64,000 bases of DNA from Polyangiales bacterium. Lineage in GTDB: Bacteria > Myxococcota_A > Polyangia > Polyangiales > JADJQN01. Below the pieces are notes generated by a model that saw only the letters and a program-made list of their open reading frames with translations, ran no database searches and was not told where the DNA came from. Position numbers and translations under genes: made by a program. Shown here one piece after another: positions 57,762 through 64,000 of this stretch. Each line of letters opens with the position of its first letter. Within the stretch, counting starts at the first letter, position 1. Where the stretch lies: positions 86,308 to 150,307 of the forward strand of contig CAXNJO010000012.1 in the NCBI GenBank assembly GCA_964202905.1, in the 5' to 3' direction.

Positions 57762-57802
57762 ACTCTGAACTGTGGGACCCCGTGCTGTCAACGGTCAGCA
57801 CG
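57762..57802 (-). promoter_or_regulatory. Promoter/operator of the RHH-MTase-vsr operon
   Basis: TTGACA (57791-57786)-N18-CAGAGT; the -35 sits within the inverted repeat CGTGCTG-N8-CAGCACG. Confidence 0.55.
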
Positions 57803-58142
57803 CGGGATGTGACATTATAGCTTGGGATTCACTGTCCACAATCGAAGAACGCTGAACGGCCGTCTTCCGAGTGTCGGCCAGGAACTTCGCTCGTGACGCG
57901 ATAGACCAGGGTGAGTAGCTCATCAAGCGTCAGGTGCTCCCAGACGGGGCGGTGATTGAGCGCCACGCGGCCCACGGTACGCCGCTCGGGATGGGACGGA
58001 AACAACAAACGGGCCCCCCTGTTCGAGGCCGTGCCGCCATCGTGGGGGAGCCACGTGGTCTGCGGCTTCCGCGAATCACCTCCGTGAATCTCCTATCAGG
58101 GACAGGAGGCGCACCGCCTCTTTCCACCCGAAGGAGATCACC

Positions 58143-59261
58143 ATGACCACCGCTCAGTCCGTGGAGCGCCCGGCTCCGTCCGCTCCCTTGCGCCCGCTCC
58201 GTGACCAGCATGAGCGTTGGATCACCCACAAGGATCCGATCCCGTTCGCCGAAGCCGCGCAGCTCGTCCTCGATGCCCACGCCGACGACGGCCTCCGTGA
58301 CGATGTCGTCGCCCACGATCTCAGGACGTGGGCCTTCGGCGGCGTCGACGGCCACATGGTCCTCGCGCCCGTCCCGCTGCTCGGCAGGTCACCGATGCCA
58401 GCGGTCCCCCTGCGTGAGCTCGCCTTCAGTCAGCTCTGCACCCGCGTCGGCGCTCCGCCTGCGTACGTGCGCGAACTGCCGCCGAAGCTCCAGACCGCGT
58501 GCATGAACTACGGCCTCACGAAAGAGAAGCAGTCCGCGTTGCTGCGGGTCGGTGGCGGCGAAGTGCGCGCCGTGGTCAGCGACCGCTACGCAGCGCTCGA
58601 CGACGCCTTCGTGCTGGAGACCGTTGGTAGGGTGCTCGACCGCGCCGGCTTCCTCAGCGACGCAGTGGTCCGTGCGACCGCGGTGGGCACTTCGACGATC
58701 TTGCGCGTGACGGTGCCGAACGAGGGCGTCGCCGTGAAGGTCGGCGATGTCTTCGAGTACGGGCTCGACATCGGCAACAGCGAGGTCGGTCTGCGGTCGG
58801 TGCAAGTCACGCCGATCACCTACCGCCTCATCTGCACGAACGGGATGCGCTCGTGGAAGAGCGAGGCATCGATGCGGATGCGGCACGTCGGCGACCCGAA
58901 GCGACTGCGCGAGCAGCTCCGTGACGCAGTGCCGGTGGCCTTCGCAGAGGCTCGCGGTGACATCGAGAAGTGGAGGCGTGCGACCGAGGCGCTCATCGAC
59001 TCCGCGCTCGATGAGATCGAAGGGCTGCGTGCCTTCGGACTCGGCCAAGGTGAAGTGCAGGCTGTGGGGCGCGCGCTCGTTGCGGCAGGCGAACTGCCGG
59101 CAAGCTCGTCGATGGAGACCGTGACCGAAGCGCTCAAGGTGCGGACGACGGCGTACGACGTCGCGAATGCCATCACGGCGACTGCGCGAGATCGAGATGT
59201 CGCGGCGCGGCTGCAGATGGAGGAAGTCGGGCACCGCTACTTGAGCCGGCGGGCTGGGTGA
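58143..59261 (+). CDS. DUF932-family protein
   Basis: AFSQLC, VRAVVSDRY and NSEVG...YRLICTNG...H motifs; AAGGAG RBS. Confidence 0.8.
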   Translation: MTTAQSVERPAPSAPLRPLRDQHERWITHKDPIPFAEAAQLVLDAHADDGLRDDVVAHDLRTWAFGGVDGHMVLAPVPLLGRSPMPAVPLRELAFSQLCTRVGAPPAYVRELPPKLQTACMNYGLTKEKQSALLRVGGGEVRAVVSDRYAALDDAFVLETVGRVLDRAGFLSDAVVRATAVGTSTILRVTVPNEGVAVKVGDVFEYGLDIGNSEVGLRSVQVTPITYRLICTNGMRSWKSEASMRMRHVGDPKRLREQLRDAVPVAFAEARGDIEKWRRATEALIDSALDEIEGLRAFGLGQGEVQAVGRALVAAGELPASSSMETVTEALKVRTTAYDVANAITATARDRDVAARLQMEEVGHRYLSRRAG

Positions 59262-59267
59262 CGGTGG

Positions 59268-59291
59268 GGAGGCGGGGATGGCCCCGTTTCC
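59268..59291. terminator. Hairpin between convergent genes
   Basis: GGAGGCGGGG-ATGG-CCCCGTTTCC. Confidence 0.4.
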
Positions 59292-59331
59292 GCTTGCCTA
59301 CCGCTATTGCGAGATTCGCGACTGAACCATT

Positions 59332-59823
59332 CTACTCACGAGTATAGGAGGTCCAGTTCGTCTGGTAGTTGAGCGGCGGCAGCTCCCCGAAGAGTTCGAA
59401 GTAGGCCCGCAGGAGATAGCTTTCATGCGCGTGTGCGGTGGCAGTGTCGGACAGCCCGACCCAGCTCACCAACAGGTTATCGGACGACTTGCAGTTGAGC
59501 CGAGAGAGAAGCCCAAGCGTCCCCAACCGCCAGCCAGCCATGTGTCCTTCTGCACCCTCGGTATCAGCGCAGTTCTTCAAGCTCGCCAACCGAGCTCGCA
59601 GCGTGCCGCTGCGACCGATATCCAGGATGGCGTGCGGATCGGTCCCGAGAAGGCGTCCCAGCCCCTCGCCTTTCGGAGCCGCCCATCCCAGCGCGTACGT
59701 GCCGGCGGTGGTAGGGACCAGGTCGTTGATCGTGGCCCGCGTGAACGGTGTCCAGTCCGACCATTTCGCCCCTTCTTCGAGGCGCCACAGCTTCCAGTTG
59801 GCGTGTGTAATCATCGGTGCCAT
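59332..59823 (-). CDS. GIY-YIG-like hypothetical protein
   Basis: GTYAL...DIGRSGTLRARL...HESYLL...GELPPLN; AAGGAG RBS. Confidence 0.6.
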   Translation of the reverse strand: MAPMITHANWKLWRLEEGAKWSDWTPFTRATINDLVPTTAGTYALGWAAPKGEGLGRLLGTDPHAILDIGRSGTLRARLASLKNCADTEGAEGHMAGWRLGTLGLLSRLNCKSSDNLLVSWVGLSDTATAHAHESYLLRAYFELFGELPPLNYQTNWTSYTRE

Positions 59824-60531
59824 CGCGTCACTCCTTGGTCGTTGTCGCGCCGCGCAGCCTGGTGGCGTGGAGATGTCACTGTCAAGTCTTCTCGCCCTTC
59901 TCGCCCTGTAGGTACGCCCCGTTGGCGTCGCGGGGAGCGCTCGCCCAGGAAGTCCCGCGCCTACCTCGGCACGTCGCACTCGGTGGCAATCCCGTTCGAC
60001 GCGAGCCAGCGGTCGAGCGCCTCGTGCTCTGGCGTCGTGAGCGGCCTATTCCTGACTCCGCTCGCCGCGACGAAGGACCACGCGCCTCTGCGGCGTCGAA
60101 CGGCGAGCGTGAAGCGCAAGCCGCCGTACGAGCAGTCGTAGATGCAGTCGTCGCCGGCGACGGCCGTCTCGACGTGCTCGTTGTAGACGCAGTGCTGCAT
60201 CTCGACGCTGTGCGTCTGGAGATCCGCAGCGTTTCGGATCGCGGTGACCGCAAGCAGGCCATCGTTCGTGTCGGCGAACGGCTGCGCCGGGAACGCGACG
60301 GCGTCGATGGCCAGCTGAGCTCGGGCGGTCTGGGACGCAGCCTCTTCGCCTTCGTGGACGCGCCACCACGTCACCGCTTCGCGAACGAGTTGAACTGGGT
60401 CCGACCGCCGCCCGGGGACTCGATCGGTGAGCATGCACCACTCGAAGAACTCGTAGACGTTGATGGACGTCTTGAGCTTCCCCCCGGTTTGCGGACACCC
60501 CGGGTAGCGCGAAGATGCGCGAGGAGTGTCC

Positions 60532-60840
60532 ATGAAGAAGCTGAAGACAGGCCGGCGAGCAAAGCGATCGTTCACGCCGGAGTTTCGAGCAGACGCGGTG
60601 CGGCTGGTCGTGAGCGGGAAGTCCGCGACGCAGGTGGCGAAGGACCTCGACCTCACGGAGACGACGCTGCGCGAGTGGGTGCGGCGAGCTGAGGCAGACG
60701 CAGGCGTCGGAAGCCCTACGGTGCTGATGACCGAAGAGCGGGCCGAGCTGGCGCGGCTGCGGCGAGAGAACAAGCAGCTCCGAATGGAACGCGAAATCCT
60801 AAAAGCGGCGGCCACCTTCTTCGCCAAGGAGAACGCGTGA
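60532..60840 (+). CDS. IS3 transposase OrfA
   Basis: FTPEFRADAV HTH...ELARLRREN...ILKAAATFFAK; A-AAA-G slippery site at 60801-60805. Confidence 0.9.
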   Translation: MKKLKTGRRAKRSFTPEFRADAVRLVVSGKSATQVAKDLDLTETTLREWVRRAEADAGVGSPTVLMTEERAELARLRRENKQLRMEREILKAAATFFAKENA

Positions 60841-61712
60841 AGTACGCGTTCATCCTCGCGTGGACGGTGGCCTACCCCGTGACCGTGATGTGCTGCGTGC
60901 TCCGCGTCTCGACGAGCGGCTTCTACAGATGGAAGGCGCTGCCCGTGTCGAAGCGGAAGGCCCGCAACACCGAGCTGCGCGCGAAGGTGCGCGAGGCCTT
61001 CGAGGCGAGCCGACGAACCTATGGGAGTCCTCGCGTCCGCGCCGAGCTGCAGGCCGACGGCGTGATCGTGAGCGAGAAGACCGTCGCGAAGATCATGCGC
61101 GAAGACTGCCTCGTGGCGCGGGCCAAGAAGCGCTTCCGCGCGACGACCGACTCGAAGCACGGTGACCCGATCGCGCCGAACGTCGTCGATCGCAACTTCG
61201 TCACCGACGAGAAGAACGACACCTGGGTCACCGACGTGACGTGCATCTGGACGCGCAGCGGCTGGCTGTTCCTCGCCGTGATGCTCGACTTGTTCTCGCG
61301 CCGCGTCGTCGGCTGGGCGACGAGCGCGACGAACGACCGCTTCCTGGCGCTCGACGCGCTCCGCGACGCGATCACGACGAGGCGGCCACCAGCGGGCCTC
61401 GTGCAGCACTCCGATCGCGGAAGCCCCTACGCCAGCGACGACTACCGCGCCGAGCTCGAGCGCTTCGCCATGATCGCGAGCATGAGCCGGAAGGGCGACT
61501 GCTGGGACAACGCCGTCGCCGAGAGCTTCTTCAGCACCTTGAAGACCGAGCTCGTCGGCGAGCACATCTACACGTCGCACGACGCGGCGACCGTCGCGAT
61601 CGGCGATTACATCGACAACTTCTACAACACGCGACGTCGTCACTCGCATCTCGGGTACATGAGTCCTATCGAGTTCGAATTGATGAGTCAGATTCAAGGG
61701 CGGGCTGCATAG
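60837..61712 (+). CDS. IS3 transposase OrfB (rve/DDE)
   Basis: YGSPR, WVTDVT, HSDRGSPY, CWDNAVAESFF and YNTRRRHS motifs. Confidence 0.93.
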   Translation: MKYAFILAWTVAYPVTVMCCVLRVSTSGFYRWKALPVSKRKARNTELRAKVREAFEASRRTYGSPRVRAELQADGVIVSEKTVAKIMREDCLVARAKKRFRATTDSKHGDPIAPNVVDRNFVTDEKNDTWVTDVTCIWTRSGWLFLAVMLDLFSRRVVGWATSATNDRFLALDALRDAITTRRPPAGLVQHSDRGSPYASDDYRAELERFAMIASMSRKGDCWDNAVAESFFSTLKTELVGEHIYTSHDAATVAIGDYIDNFYNTRRRHSHLGYMSPIEFELMSQIQGRAA

Positions 61713-62778
61713 TCAAACTGTCCGCAGAACGGGGGGAGGTTCATCTCCCGGGTCGCTCGGTGCAACGCATTCGCCTGCGCAGACGCGAAGGCGCCGACTG
61801 ACGCCTTCCATCGACTGGGCATTCGCATCTGGCGCATCATGCCGATCGTCTCGAACCACACTGCGTTTTCTGCGGCGTCGCTCGACACGTCGTCCCAACA
61901 GATCGTGCGTGGGAACGCGCCGCAGACCCAGTGGGGATCGACCCATGAACCGGCACGTCGCACTGCCTGCCGACTGCGCCGCACAGTGTCTGCGCCGCGC
62001 GGGCAGTCGGCGGGGAGCGTGTGTTCAACCAGGCGATCAATCACTTGATTCAGCTTGCGGCCCTGGACGATTTCCGCGCTCGCTACTTGCCAGATGTCGC
62101 CGTGGTTCTGATCTCTCAAGTTGATCCCGACGCAGGCAAGGCCTGGGCAGACGTCGAGTGCCTGAGCGACGCGTCCGGTCGCGTCGTCTCGAGCCGCGTC
62201 GAGCACCCAGGATCGGGACGTTTCACGGAAGCGACTGGCGAGTCGCAGTGCTTGAGGCGGTAGTTGCGAGAGAGCCCACGCTTCGCACTCGTACATGAGC
62301 GAGTGAGCCTCCAGCAGTTCGCCGACATCTACTCCCGGAACGAGCCTTCGTGTGGTCCAGCTGAGGTTTGCCCAGAACGCGCCGAACGCGTCGCCGCCTC
62401 CAGTCTCCTCGAACCACCATTCGCCTCCGTCATCGCGCACGAAGGGATCGCGGTAGGAGTAGAGGCCGTGGTCGTCTACCTCTTGGTCGGTGAACCCGGA
62501 CCAGATAACGCGAGCGTCCAGACGCGGATGGAGCGTCAGGAGCAGCGCGACCAGCGGCTCGTCTCGCCCGTCCGAAAGCCACTGAAGCGCCACTCCGGAA
62601 GCGTCTAGCGTCGCGACGAGCGTGAAGCGATCCCGGACGACTACGCGTCGCTCATCGAAGATCACCTGCCCGTCAAGCGGGAGAGCGAGCTGCGCGCCGA
62701 AGACAGGGAGGAACGAGGAGCCCATGCCGATGCAATCGCACCGGGCGGGGACACAATATGTCCCGCTCGCGGGACGCC

Positions 62779-63420
62779 CTATTTGCGGTCGGCGGGCCCA
62801 GGAGCCTGCCACGTGCGCACGAGCCGCGCGCCGCCGCCGGCCCCACGCCATTCGGTCATCCAAGTGCGCGTGTGTTCGCGGGCGCCGACGTAGGGGACCA
62901 TCAGGAACAGGCGATCGTCCTTGCGTAGAGCCGCACCGTGGCGCTCGACATAGGCGCTCAGCTCGCGTCGAAGGAGCTTCACGGCCGGCTCATCGCCCCA
63001 TCGATCACGCGAGTGCGGGGCAAGAAAGAAGCGCAGCGGCGACACCACTTGCATCAGCTTGTAGAGGTCCCAGAAGTAGCCGACGTCCGCGGCATCATCG
63101 CCGCCGGGCAGCGCCGGAACGTGCGGCCGGTACGCCTCACTCTCAGCAGTCGCAACCGTGACCCAAGGCGCAGTGATCGCGGCGCGAGTCGCGAACACGA
63201 GGTCGAGGCCCGACTGGTGCTTCAGGCACTTCCATCCAGCGCGTGAAGCTCGCGGAAGGTCAACGCCGAAGAGGAACGAGTCGTGCTCGGGCACGGGCGG
63301 CAGGAGTCCAGCGATCGTCGTGGCGAGCCAGGCCTTGCAGTCGCCCTGCGCCGGCGCGTTGTCGGTGAACGACTTCTCGAATGCGGTCCAAAGCAGGTCG
63401 GCCAGCGGCATGTCGATCAT
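62779..63420 (-). CDS. Hypothetical protein, possible PD-(D/E)XK-like fold
   Basis: ATGA coupling to the WYL gene; LDLVF...AESE...WDLYKL pattern. Confidence 0.55.
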   Translation of the reverse strand: MIDMPLADLLWTAFEKSFTDNAPAQGDCKAWLATTIAGLLPPVPEHDSFLFGVDLPRASRAGWKCLKHQSGLDLVFATRAAITAPWVTVATAESEAYRPHVPALPGGDDAADVGYFWDLYKLMQVVSPLRFFLAPHSRDRWGDEPAVKLLRRELSAYVERHGAALRKDDRLFLMVPYVGAREHTRTWMTEWRGAGGGARLVRTWQAPGPADRK

Positions 63421-63821
63421 CTCCTCCCGGAACGCAGTTGGGGAACTTGGATCCTGAGGGCCTCCCGATGCTCGGACTCGACCGCGGTCGAAAGACTCGT
63501 CGGCGAACAGACCCGCACCATCGCCCCCCACCCGACAAGCCAGGAAACGACGTCGGGCGTGACAGGCGCGTCGAGCTCCATGCGTATGCCGCCGTTGCGC
63601 AGCACCGACGTCCGCTGCGTCGGGTGCCAGCGGCGCGCGGTCACGATGGTGGCGACGTGCTTCGAGAACTCGAGGACGATCTTCTCGGGCTCGCCACCGG
63701 AGAAGACGCCGAGGGCGCCGCCGAAGAACGCTGAGAGGGAGAAGCCCGATGGGACGTTGAACGCCGCCTTCCTGCGTCGCGTCGCCGTCGTGAAGCGCTC
63801 GACAGCGAAGACGCGGGGAGC
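63417..63821 (-). pseudogene. 3' half of a WYL/WCX-domain regulator gene interrupted by IS3
   Basis: Minus-strand translation APRVFAVERF...FNVPSGFSL...IVLEF...RRWHPTQ...WLVGWGAMVRVCSP begins exactly at the IS end. Confidence 0.8.
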
Positions 63822-64000
63822 TGAACCTCCCCCCGTTCTGCGGACAGTTTGACTATGCAGCCCGCCCTTGAATCTGACTCATCAATTCGAACTCGATAGG
63901 ACTCATGTACCCGAGATGCGAGTGACGACGTCGCGTGTTGTAGAAGTTGTCGATGTAATCGCCGATCGCGACGGTCGCCGCGTCGTGCGACGTGTAGATG
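63822..64000 (-). mobile_element. Second copy of the same IS3 element (inverted, truncated by the window end)
   Basis: Sequence is the reverse complement of the right end of 60473-61743, including IRR and the end of orfB. Confidence 0.92.

Larger units (their letters stand above)
60473..61743 (+). mobile_element. IS3-family insertion sequence (1271 bp) with 3-bp TSD TCT
   Basis: TG...CA ends; IRL TGAGCTTCCCCCCGGTTTGCGGACA and IRR (reverse complement) TGAACCTCCCCCCGTTCTGCGGACA; TCT on both flanks. Confidence 0.93.
59961..62725 (-). pseudogene. PcfJ-like domain gene interrupted by IS3
   Basis: Removing 60473-61743 plus one TCT restores ALHRATRE-TSINVYEF in frame; C-terminal L...SVEMQHCV...IY...TL...G.RN PcfJ-like pattern. 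Confidence 0.75.
40198..64000. mobile_element. Genomic (defence) island starting at the tRNA-Ala 3' end; right end outside the window
   Basis: Abrupt switch to IS elements, defence and mobility genes and weaker GC3 bias right after the tRNA; no integrase or second att site visible. Confidence 0.7.

Noticed and set aside
60473..64000. Composite transposon origin for 61744-63821
   Set aside because: The first IS3 has its own TSD on both sides and each copy interrupts a different gene, indicating independent insertions

Overview
High-GC myxobacterial chromosome segment (probably Polyangiales/Sandaracinaceae-like, inferred from gene content). Bases 1-40100 are core-type genes: a Ser/Thr kinase, a TIGR04552-like RelA/SpoT-fold protein, Lon, an orphan MCP/CheY/CheX trio, two divergent TolQ+2xTolR (AglRQS-type) motor triads, a MYXO-CTERM matrixin, OmpA, a sulfatase-like protein, xseB, an O-acyltransferase and ribF. 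At tRNA-Ala(GGC) (40122-40197) an accessory island begins and runs past the window end. It carries an IS4 element and a lower-GC, tightly coupled three-gene operon: a ~980-aa unknown protein, a ~2120-aa DUF1998-type SF2 helicase and an Fe-S Cas4/AddB-like PD-(D/E)XK nuclease. This looks like a Druantia-related defence system with an extra nuclease. Next come an McrBC-like pair facing an RHH regulator-m5C MTase-Vsr operon, a DUF932 gene, and two copies of an IS3 element that disrupt a PcfJ-like gene and a WYL gene. Many ORFs carry 1-2-nt indels, probably assembly errors, so several genes are reconstructed across frames. All family assignments come from motif recognition by eye, not database searches.
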